IMG/VR virus record: IMGVR_UViG_3300025889_000115
Location: 30 to 64,029 of that record
Source of the DNA: a virus
Taxonomy: Duplodnaviria; Caudoviricetes
DNA: 64,000 bases
Strand: one strand, 5' to 3'
The notes beneath the pieces are model-generated. The model was not told where the DNA came from and made no database searches. It saw only the letters and a program-made list of their open reading frames with translations. Position numbers and translations under genes: made by a program. Within the stretch, counting starts at the first letter, position 1, and every line of letters begins with the position of its first letter. Shown one piece after another: positions 1 to 7,898 of this stretch.

Positions 1-2
1 CT

Positions 3-971
3 GAGAACCCGGACGCCCTTCGAGGCATCTACCTTGATGAGTGTGTCTTCGACGAGTTTGGCATGCAGAACCCGAGGGTATGGGGGGAGGTTGTGAGACC
101 GGCACTGTCTGACAGGCAGGGCTCGGCATGTTTTTTGGGAACCCCGGCGGGCCACAATCATTTTTTTGATTTGCTGGAAACGGCCAAGGGGCAGTTAGCC
201 GAGGGCAGCAGCGACTGGTACTACAAGATTTGCAAGGCCAGTGAGACAGGGATTGTGCGCCCAGAGGAACTTGAGGCGGCTCAGGCGCAGATGACGCCGG
301 AGCAATACGAGCAGGAATACGAGTGTTCATTCACCGCAGCGATTATTGGCGCGTATTATGGTAAGCTCTTGGCGGATGCTGATGACAATGGCCGTGTGAC
401 GCGGGTGCCTTATGACCCGGCCTATCCAGTTCATACGGCCTGGGACTTGGGTATCAACGACTCGACAGCCATCTGGTTTGCGCAAGTGTTTCGCGGGGGC
501 GCGGTAAATGTTATTGATTATTACGAGAGTTCTGGCGTTGGTCTCGACCATTATGCAGATATACTCTCAAAGAAAGACTATACGTATGGCGACCACCTCG
601 CTCCTCACGACATTGAGGTCCGTGAGTTGGGCTCGGGTAAAAGCCGCTGGGAAACGGCTTATACGCTGGGAATCAAATTCAGGGTCATCCCGAAAATGAA
701 GGTGGCAGATGGCATTAACGCTGCGCGTATGTTAATACCTAAATGTTACTTTGACCGCGACAACTGCGGCGAAGGTCTTGAGATGCTAAGACAATACCGG
801 CAGGAATGGGATGAGAAGCGTAAATCCTTTAGGGACCATCCAAGACATGACTATACGAGCCATGCAGCGGATGCTTTCCGTTATCTTGCTGTTGGTCTTG
901 AAAACCGAGCAGTCATGTCTCGTCCTCCGCAGCAGATTGCGCAGATGGAATACAACCCTTTCACGCTATAG
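3..971 (+). CDS. terL: Terminase large subunit (5' truncated)
   Basis: Walker B-like LDECVFDE, GTP coupling motif, nuclease WDLG and HAADAFRY; homologous to 35165..36451. Confidence 0.95.
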   Translation, partial: ENPDALRGIYLDECVFDEFGMQNPRVWGEVVRPALSDRQGSACFLGTPAGHNHFFDLLETAKGQLAEGSSDWYYKICKASETGIVRPEELEAAQAQMTPEQYEQEYECSFTAAIIGAYYGKLLADADDNGRVTRVPYDPAYPVHTAWDLGINDSTAIWFAQVFRGGAVNVIDYYESSGVGLDHYADILSKKDYTYGDHLAPHDIEVRELGSGKSRWETAYTLGIKFRVIPKMKVADGINAARMLIPKCYFDRDNCGEGLEMLRQYRQEWDEKRKSFRDHPRHDYTSHAADAFRYLAVGLENRAVMSRPPQQIAQMEYNPFTL

Positions 972-980
972 AGGCAACTG

Positions 981-1424
981 ATGACTGAAAAGGTAAGTAC
1001 AAGCGCTGGCCCTTCCGGTAGACAGCCTGCTTTCCCCACCCCTACGGGGGTAGCTTTGAGCGCCATTGGAAGGTTTTCGAGGGAGCGCCAAGCCAAGATT
1101 CTAAAGGATGACCCGACGGCAGAAGTGGTACGCGATGCCAGTGGCAAGCAAGTTGGCGTTGTACACAAGGGCTTATTCGGCGGAAGGGTTTATAGCGGTC
1201 GGCCTGAGTTTGACCCGATTAGTGGTGGCCAAACCCAACGTGATGAACAAGCTACGATTATTAGCGCCCCAGAAACCACTCCAGAGCCAGAAGTCACCCC
1301 AGAGGTTACGCCGGAGATTGTTCCTGATGACCTCATGGGTAGCACAGAGCGCGGTCGCCGTCGCAGCAAGCGTCTTGGTGGTGCTGGCACTCTGCTTGAA
1401 GGCGGAGGCGCACTCTATGAATGA
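981..1424 (+). CDS. Hypothetical virion-associated protein with PEVT repeats
   Basis: C-terminus (PEVTPEVTP...GTLLEGGGALYE) shared with 36461..37165. Confidence 0.7.
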   Translation: MTEKVSTSAGPSGRQPAFPTPTGVALSAIGRFSRERQAKILKDDPTAEVVRDASGKQVGVVHKGLFGGRVYSGRPEFDPISGGQTQRDEQATIISAPETTPEPEVTPEVTPEIVPDDLMGSTERGRRRSKRLGGAGTLLEGGGALYE

Positions 1425-2382
1425 GGCCATGCCAACAGTGTTGCCTGAAACATCGCCGCGCAGAGGGATTTTGCGTCTTCTGTCAGACCGCGAAAGTGCA
1501 GGCGGCACAGACAGAACAACAATGAGCAAGGACGACGGGAAGCGCACACGCGGAACATACCACATCACACTAGAAGCAGCGCAAGAGCATGCCCAAGAGT
1601 TTCCCTTTCTTAATAGATACAAAGGCTTAAGTGACCAAAACAGAGATAGCTTTGCGCAGTACATGATTGAAAACCCAGAAACAGAAACAAAACTGGCAAG
1701 GGCCGTTTTGGATAAAAAATATGCAGAGCTTGAGGCGGCGGGTGTTAGCCTTTCTCAACTTAGAGAATTTGAAAGGGATGCTCTGGGCTTATTGTTTTTT
1801 AATGCTGGCACTGGCAAGTTTACAAGATTAAAAAGAAATTTATCTGCGCTAACAAAGTATAGGGCAAAATTTGGAGAAACCCCTACACCAGAGCAAGCAG
1901 ATATCTTGGAAAGGTTACGAATTGCTAGTGCCGGAGAAATGGATGCAATTAACGCACAAGTGATTGTGGAGCAGGAAGACGGAACCAAGATTTCTGAAAG
2001 AAAACCCGTCCGGGGGTTGGCAATAAGACAGCTATCAACACAAGACTACTTTTTAACAGGGGAAGACACGTTTAAGTCATACTATCCGGGCGGAACCCGC
2101 GCTGAAAGCGTAAGAACCACAAACAAAGCCAAGCAGCTTATTGACGCTTCTAACCAGCGCGGCCAAGCAGCTTTTGAAGGCGCTTTGCCATATATAAAAA
2201 TGGATGCGGCCCGAGAAGATTCCCAAGGGATTCTTTCTGTGACTGTAAACGAAAAAGACGAATTGTCAGACGATGCTCAGTACAGGCTGGTAAACACTGA
2301 ACTTGACGGCATCCCAGAGCTATCGCCACCACCAGACGCCATGCTTTTTGCTGGCCCGCAAACTGAAACACCGCAACCGTAG
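1417..2382 (+). CDS. Putative lysozyme-fold peptidoglycan hydrolase, unit A only
   Basis: ATG 1417 with GGAGG RBS overlapping the upstream stop; RES-GG..RGTYHIT, DALGLLFFNAG and KPVRGLAIR resemble lysozyme/transglycosylase motifs; more AT-rich than its flanks. Confidence 0.5.
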   Translation: MNEAMPTVLPETSPRRGILRLLSDRESAGGTDRTTMSKDDGKRTRGTYHITLEAAQEHAQEFPFLNRYKGLSDQNRDSFAQYMIENPETETKLARAVLDKKYAELEAAGVSLSQLREFERDALGLLFFNAGTGKFTRLKRNLSALTKYRAKFGETPTPEQADILERLRIASAGEMDAINAQVIVEQEDGTKISERKPVRGLAIRQLSTQDYFLTGEDTFKSYYPGGTRAESVRTTNKAKQLIDASNQRGQAAFEGALPYIKMDAAREDSQGILSVTVNEKDELSDDAQYRLVNTELDGIPELSPPPDAMLFAGPQTETPQP

Positions 2383-2395
2383 CCAAGAGGGTATT

Positions 2396-2605
2396 ATGAG
2401 CTTTTTAACCCCGTCTGCACCACCACCGCCACCTCCTCCTCCGCCTCCTCCTCCGGAGCCTGACCTTGGCCGCGCCCGTGTTTTGGCAGAAGAAGCCGAA
2501 ACCCAAGCCCGTGCAAGACGCAAGGGAAGGGGTGCTACGATTGTTGCTGGCGCTTTGGGTGATACGACAGAGACTAAAACTGGCACACCGACATTGATGG
2601 GTTAG
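2396..2605 (+). CDS. Small poly-proline virion protein preceding portal
   Basis: MSFLTPSAPPPP...RRKGRGATI...TLMG; homolog at 37175..37381. Confidence 0.8.
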   Translation: MSFLTPSAPPPPPPPPPPPPEPDLGRARVLAEEAETQARARRKGRGATIVAGALGDTTETKTGTPTLMG

Positions 2606-2607
2606 CT

Positions 2608-4194
2608 ATGAACAAAGCATCCGAACACGTTAAACGCTTCGATTACCTCAAGAGCCGCAGAGATAACTGGGACACGCATTACCAGGAACTTGCGGACTAT
2701 ATGCTGCCCCGAAAGGCAGACATTGTGAAGAAGCGGTCTCGCGGTGAAAAGCGCATGGAGCTTATCTATGATGGCACTGCGCTTCAATCCATCGACCTAA
2801 TGGCAGCTTTCCTGCACGGGATGCTGACCAGCGGGGCATCGCCTTGGTTCCACTTGGATGTCAAGGACGAAATGATTAACCGCGATGACGATGTTCGTGA
2901 ATGGCTGCAAGACACCAGCATGCGTATGATGCAGGCCTTCCAGCGGTCAAACTTTGAGACTGAGGTGCATGAAGCGTATGTGGACTTGGTTGTGTTTGGC
3001 ACAGCCTGCATGTTCTGCGAGATGGACCGCAAGAACTTACGGTTTAGCACCCGCCACATTTCTGAATATTATGTTCAGGAAGACCAGTATGGCATGGTCA
3101 ACACGGTCTACCGGCTTTACAAGATGACAGCCACACAGGCTGTAGAGCGCTTTGGTCTTGAGCGTGTCGGTGACTTTATCCGCAAGAAGCACGAGAAGAA
3201 CGGCGACGAAGAGATAGAAATCCTTCACGCAGTAATGCCACGCACCGACCGCGATGTAACCGCGCCGGACAATATGAACATGCCGTTCATGTCGGTGTAT
3301 GTTTGCAAGGCTACCGGGATGGAGATTTCACAAGGTGGCTTTGAAGAACTGCCCTATGTTGTGCCTCGCTTCCTGAAAGCTACCGGCGAAGTGATGGGCC
3401 GCAGCCCTGCAATGACAGCGCTGCCTGACGTTAAGATGTTGAATCTTATGTCAAAAACCATCATCCAAGCGGCTCAGAAGCAGATTGACCCGCCGTTGCT
3501 GGTGCCTGATGACGGCTTCTTGCTACCTATTCGCACCCAGCCCGGTGGCCTAAACTTTTTCCGTTCCGGCTCCCGCGAGACGATTACGCCGCTGAACACG
3601 GGTGCCAACATTCCTATTGGTCTGAACATGGAAGAACAGCGCCGCACCGCTATTCGCCAAGCGTTCTATGTTGACCAGATTCTGACTGCTGGCTCTCCGC
3701 AGATGACTGCGACAGAGGTGATTCAAAGGCAGGAAGAGCGCATGAGGGTCATTGGCCCCGTGCTGGGCAGGCTCATGAATGAGATGCTTCGCCCGCTGAT
3801 TGACCGTGTGTTTGCGCTGATGTTGCGCAACGACATGCTGGCACCGGCACCTGAAATCCTCCAAGGTCGTGACATTGATATTGAGTATGTCTCACCGCTG
3901 GCACGAGCGCAGAAATCAAGCAGCCTGAACAACACCATGCGGGCGCTTGAGATTCTCCTGCCTCTGGCGCAGAGCTTGCCGGTTGGCGACCACATCGACC
4001 CTGATGGGTTAGTCCGCCACGTCACAGATTCACTTGGTGTCCCGAAAGCCACACTCAGGTCGCAGCGTGAAGTAAACGAAACTCGTGAAGCGCGAGCGCA
4101 AGCAGAGCAAGAGGCTATGCAGCGCCAGCGTGACCAAGAGGATGTTTACACAACAGCGCAGGCTGCACAGGCCGTGAGGATGGTTCAGTCGTGA
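2608..4194 (+). CDS. Portal (head-tail connector) protein
   Basis: 528 aa; GRSPAM..LPDVK, MTATEV..R.EE and IEYVSPLARAQ motifs of T7-type portals. Confidence 0.95.
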   Translation: MNKASEHVKRFDYLKSRRDNWDTHYQELADYMLPRKADIVKKRSRGEKRMELIYDGTALQSIDLMAAFLHGMLTSGASPWFHLDVKDEMINRDDDVREWLQDTSMRMMQAFQRSNFETEVHEAYVDLVVFGTACMFCEMDRKNLRFSTRHISEYYVQEDQYGMVNTVYRLYKMTATQAVERFGLERVGDFIRKKHEKNGDEEIEILHAVMPRTDRDVTAPDNMNMPFMSVYVCKATGMEISQGGFEELPYVVPRFLKATGEVMGRSPAMTALPDVKMLNLMSKTIIQAAQKQIDPPLLVPDDGFLLPIRTQPGGLNFFRSGSRETITPLNTGANIPIGLNMEEQRRTAIRQAFYVDQILTAGSPQMTATEVIQRQEERMRVIGPVLGRLMNEMLRPLIDRVFALMLRNDMLAPAPEILQGRDIDIEYVSPLARAQKSSSLNNTMRALEILLPLAQSLPVGDHIDPDGLVRHVTDSLGVPKATLRSQREVNETREARAQAEQEAMQRQRDQEDVYTTAQAAQAVRMVQS

Positions 4195-4391
4195 AGGACA
4201 TAGAAAAGCTAAAGCATATGTACAAAGAGACCTTTGAGACCGAGGGCGGTCAGAAGGTCTTGCGAGACTTGGAGGCCCGTGCGAATTGGAGGGCGTCCAG
4301 CTATGTGGCTGGCGATGCAAACGCCACCGCATTTGAAGAGGGCAAACGCGCTGTCCTGCTTCACATCCACAACATGATGACACAGGAGTAA
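4191..4391 (+). CDS. Small conserved protein between portal and scaffold (Bbp19-like)
   Basis: F...GQKVL.DL...TAFEEGKR.V motif; homolog at 38970. Confidence 0.75.
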   Translation: MKDIEKLKHMYKETFETEGGQKVLRDLEARANWRASSYVAGDANATAFEEGKRAVLLHIHNMMTQE

Positions 4392-4393
4392 CA

Positions 4394-5230
4394 ATGTCAG
4401 AGGAAGCTATCGAACAGGTAGCCCAGCCTGAAACTACACTGATGGAAACCCCAGCAGAGGTAGCACAGGGCGGGTCTGGTAACGAGTTCCTATCCACTAT
4501 ACCGGAGGATTTGCGTGACCACCCAAGCCTGGGGCCAATTAAGGATGTCGAGAACCTCGCTCGTTCTTATGTAAACGCACAAAGACTGATTGGCGCGGAC
4601 AAACTGCCGATGCCAGTCAACCCAACAGCCGAAGACCTTGACAACATCTATAGCCGTCTTGGCCGTCCAGAAAGTGCGGATGGCTATGAAATTGCAGTTG
4701 ATGGCAACATTGTGACCGAAGATGTTGCAAAGTCTTACGCTGATGTAGCGCATAATCTGCGCCTAACCCCAGACCAAGCTAACGGTGTGCTGGAATATTA
4801 CCGCGCTATGGTTCAGGAGTCCGGGCAACTAAGCGAAGCAGCGGAAACGCAACAACGCGCAAGCACTGAAACAGCACTCCGCAAGGAGTGGGGCGACGAG
4901 TTTGATGTGCGCATCGAAGACGCGGGCAAGATTGCCAAGCAGTTTGGCAGCGGCGAGTTGCTTGAAATGCGTTTGGACGATGGGACAAAAGTGGGCAACC
5001 ATCCTGACTTTATCAGGGCTTTTGCCAAGATGGCCGAGTTCCGTTCCAGCGTAACCAGCGAAGATACCGTCGCTGACAACGCCATTAGCAGCACAATGTC
5101 CCGCCGTGAGGCGCAAGCTGAAATTGAAAGCATTATGTCTTCGCCAGTCTACACTGACCGCAAGAATGTGGTCGGCAGACAGCAAGCCATTGACCGCGTT
5201 CAAGAGCTAATGGAAATGGTTCATGGATGA
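4394..5230 (+). CDS. Capsid scaffolding/assembly protein
   Basis: Acidic; LARSY, RLGRPE, LRKEWG and GNHP motifs; lies upstream of the capsid gene. Confidence 0.85.
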   Translation: MSEEAIEQVAQPETTLMETPAEVAQGGSGNEFLSTIPEDLRDHPSLGPIKDVENLARSYVNAQRLIGADKLPMPVNPTAEDLDNIYSRLGRPESADGYEIAVDGNIVTEDVAKSYADVAHNLRLTPDQANGVLEYYRAMVQESGQLSEAAETQQRASTETALRKEWGDEFDVRIEDAGKIAKQFGSGELLEMRLDDGTKVGNHPDFIRAFAKMAEFRSSVTSEDTVADNAISSTMSRREAQAEIESIMSSPVYTDRKNVVGRQQAIDRVQELMEMVHG

Positions 5231-5477
5231 CAAAACAGAGCTTAGGCTTGAATGTTTGCGCCTCGCACTTGAGTATGGTACTCAAAGAGACGTACTAAAT
5301 CCCCACCTACTCGCAGATACATACTACGAGTGGGTGACGCAGGGTAGCGGGCAAGCCCGTCCTGCCGACAACCGGAAAGACGGTGGCCGCAAGCAGGCCC
5401 GAAAAGCCAGGAGTGTCCGCGAGGGTAGCACACCGCAACTTACTGTAAACGCAACTGTAGAGAAGGAGGTAGGCTAA
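5223..5477 (+). CDS. Small hypothetical protein overlapping the structured capsid leader
   Basis: RLECLR.A...Y.EW conserved with 40029..40271. Confidence 0.65.
   Translation: MDDKTELRLECLRLALEYGTQRDVLNPHLLADTYYEWVTQGSGQARPADNRKDGGRKQARKARSVREGSTPQLTVNATVEKEVG
5339..5435 (+). promoter_or_regulatory. Putative structured RNA element upstream of the major capsid gene
   Basis: 92/97 nt identical to 40151..40247; several hairpins, with most changes falling in loops. Confidence 0.55.
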
Positions 5478-6376
5478 TGTCTACTCAAGTAACTACGGCA
5501 TTTGTGCAACAGTATTCTGCAAACGTGCAGATGCTCTCACAGCAGATGGGTTCCCGTCTGCGTGACGCAGTACGCATTGAGAATGTTGTTGGTAAAAATG
5601 CCTTCATCGACCAAATCGGTCTGGCCACGGCGCAGCTTCGCACCTCCCGCCATGCCGACACTCCCCAGCTTGACACTCCGCATGAGCGGCGTCGTCTGAG
5701 CCTGGCTGACTACGAGTATGCTGACCTGATTGATGACCAGGACAAAATCCGCATGCTCATCGACCCGACTTCATCCTACGCACAAGCCGCAGCAGCAGCT
5801 ATGGGTCGTGCAATGGATGACGTTGTTATCACCGCCGCTCTTGGCACAGCCTCCACTGGCGAAACCGGCAGCAGCACTGAGGCAGCGTTTAGCGCCTCTG
5901 ACGACAACTACATCGTAAACGGCAACACCAACCTGACCCTCGCAAAGCTGCGTCAGGCCAAGGAACTGCTGGATGCCGGTGACGTTGACCCGTCGATTCC
6001 TCGTTACTTTGCCGCTGGCCCAAGCCAGATTCAGAATCTGCTGGCTGACACCACGGTAACTTCGAGCGACTTCAACACTGTAAAGGCTCTGGTACAGGGC
6101 GAACTCGACACCTTCATGGGCTTCAAGTTCATCATGACCAACCGCCTGAACACCACTGATGACGCAGAAACTGCTGCATCTGGTGACGTTCGCAAGTGTT
6201 TCGCTTGGGCCGAGGATGGCATTACTCTGGGTATTGGCAAGGATGTATCTGCCCGCATCGACGAGCGTTCCGACAAAGGTTACGCGACTCAGGTGTACTA
6301 CTGCATGAGCATCGGCGCGGTACGCATGGAGAAGGCCAAAGTCGTTCAAGTCAACTGTGACGAAACCCCGGACTAA
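5477..6376 (+). CDS. Major capsid protein
   Basis: 299 aa, strong AAGGAGG RBS; FVQQY..NV.ML.QQ.GSRLR and ALVQGE..FMGF.F motifs. Confidence 0.93.
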   Translation: MSTQVTTAFVQQYSANVQMLSQQMGSRLRDAVRIENVVGKNAFIDQIGLATAQLRTSRHADTPQLDTPHERRRLSLADYEYADLIDDQDKIRMLIDPTSSYAQAAAAAMGRAMDDVVITAALGTASTGETGSSTEAAFSASDDNYIVNGNTNLTLAKLRQAKELLDAGDVDPSIPRYFAAGPSQIQNLLADTTVTSSDFNTVKALVQGELDTFMGFKFIMTNRLNTTDDAETAASGDVRKCFAWAEDGITLGIGKDVSARIDERSDKGYATQVYYCMSIGAVRMEKAKVVQVNCDETPD

Positions 6377-6390
6377 GAGGAGATTAACAA

Positions 6391-6888
6391 ATGGCTAACG
6401 TAAACACTTCTCTTGTTTCCAACTTTGAGGCTAGCCCTCAAGTCATGAACGCATCGCATGAACTGCACGGTGTAAAGCGTGTAGCACAGGGAACCATCGC
6501 CCTTGCGGCTGGTGACCTGTCTGCATCCGACACTGTGATGCTTGCACCGGTTCCAACCAATGCTAGCATTACCAGCATCAAGCTGTTCAACGATGACCTT
6601 GACTCTGGGACCACCAACACTTGCGATGTCGGCATCTACAACACCGATGGTGTCGCTGTTGACGATGATGCGTATGCGTCGGCTATCACCGACCTTCGCG
6701 CTGCTGTCACCGTCGGCACTGAGGTTGCGTTTGAAGCCCGCGACATCAACGCAATGGGCCAGCAAGTTTGGGAAGATGCAGGCGCATCGTCTGACCCAGG
6801 CGGTTACTACTACATCGGACTCGTGTTCGATGGAGCCGGTGACACTGGCGGCGACCTCTCGTTCATCATCGAGTACGTCGTAAACTAA
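6391..6888 (+). CDS. Probable capsid decoration/minor capsid protein
   Basis: Acidic and beta-rich, directly after the capsid gene and before a terminator; homolog at 41192. Confidence 0.7.
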   Translation: MANVNTSLVSNFEASPQVMNASHELHGVKRVAQGTIALAAGDLSASDTVMLAPVPTNASITSIKLFNDDLDSGTTNTCDVGIYNTDGVAVDDDAYASAITDLRAAVTVGTEVAFEARDINAMGQQVWEDAGASSDPGGYYYIGLVFDGAGDTGGDLSFIIEYVVN

Positions 6889-6894
6889 CCAGTT

Positions 6895-6924
6895 AAGGGG
6901 GGCGGCTTGAAACCGCCCTCCTTT
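6895..6924 (+). terminator. Rho-independent terminator after capsid genes
   Basis: AAGGGGGGCGG-cttgaaa-CCGCCCTCCTTT; stem conserved at 41678..41707. Confidence 0.7.
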
Positions 6925-6949
6925 CACTCCTGCTCCGGGGGATAGATGG

Positions 6950-7300
6950 GTGGAGTACAACAGAGATTTCCGGTACGACCTCAAGGTGGGTCAAATGGCG
7001 GAAAGTTGGCTTGCTGACGTACTGCAAACCCGAACCATCGAAATAAAAAGAGACTTCAAAGCTTCACGAACCGGCAGAGTGTTTGTGGAGTTTTTTTCTA
7101 GGGGGAAGCCGTCAGGCATAGACACAACAGAGGCGGACTTCTGGGCGTTTATCATAGACGGCGAAACTGTGGTAATATTGCCAACAGCACGGCTCAAGGA
7201 GCTTGTGCAGGAAGCAAAGGACGAAGGCAAGATTTGGAAGGGCGGTGACTCTAACACGAGCCAAGGCGTCCTGATTGATTTGGAAAGGTTAGTAAAGTAA
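6950..7300 (+). CDS. PD-(D/E)xK-like nuclease-fold protein
   Basis: G..AE...IEIKRD....TG.VFVE..SRGKPSGI.TT.AD.W; homolog at 41731. Confidence 0.6.
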   Translation: MEYNRDFRYDLKVGQMAESWLADVLQTRTIEIKRDFKASRTGRVFVEFFSRGKPSGIDTTEADFWAFIIDGETVVILPTARLKELVQEAKDEGKIWKGGDSNTSQGVLIDLERLVK

Positions 7301-7896
7301 TGCCCTCCGTAGTGGACATATGCAACGAAGCGATGCACCTGTTGGGCGCTGACACAATCACGTCCCTAACCGAAAACTCGAAAGAGGCGCGTTACTGTAA
7401 TTCATCTTACGATGACAAGCGTGATGCTGTTCTTCGCGCTCACCCTTGGAATATTGCTGTGACCCGTGCGGCCCTCGCAAGAGACGCAACCGCCCCAGCG
7501 TTTGGGTTCTCTAGCCAGTTTACATTACCTACCAACCCATACTGTTTGCGGGTTCTATCCTTTTGGAACAAAAGTGTTGATAGCGAAGTATCCGCATACG
7601 ACAGTCAAATATCCTTTAAGATTGAGGGCCGCAAAGTTATGACCAACGAGGACGAATGTAAGATTACTTACATTGGTCGGGTCATTGACACAGAACAGTA
7701 TGACTCCTTGCTAGTAAGCGCCATAGCTTGCCGCATAGCAGCGGATGGCGCGTATCATCTAACTGGCAGCATGAATGTGGCTCAACAAATGCAAGCTTTG
7801 TATGAAACAAGATTAAGAGAGGCTCGTGGCATTGACGCGATGGAAGGCACACCAGACAAGATTATTGCTGATGACTTTGTGAACATAAGGCTCTAG
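7300..7896 (+). CDS. Tail tubular protein A (T7 gp11-like adaptor)
   Basis: VDICN.A..LLG and VLRAHPWN motifs; 198 aa. Confidence 0.9.
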   Translation: MPSVVDICNEAMHLLGADTITSLTENSKEARYCNSSYDDKRDAVLRAHPWNIAVTRAALARDATAPAFGFSSQFTLPTNPYCLRVLSFWNKSVDSEVSAYDSQISFKIEGRKVMTNEDECKITYIGRVIDTEQYDSLLVSAIACRIAADGAYHLTGSMNVAQQMQALYETRLREARGIDAMEGTPDKIIADDFVNIRL

Positions 7897-7898
7897 GC

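Noticed and set aside
1108-1416. Upstream extension of ORF 1108..2382
   Set aside because: Overlaps 981..1424 in another frame; the RBS supports ATG 1417
6360-6400. T7 10A/10B-style capsid frameshift or readthrough
   Set aside because: No slippery site; the downstream gene has its own strong RBS in both genomes
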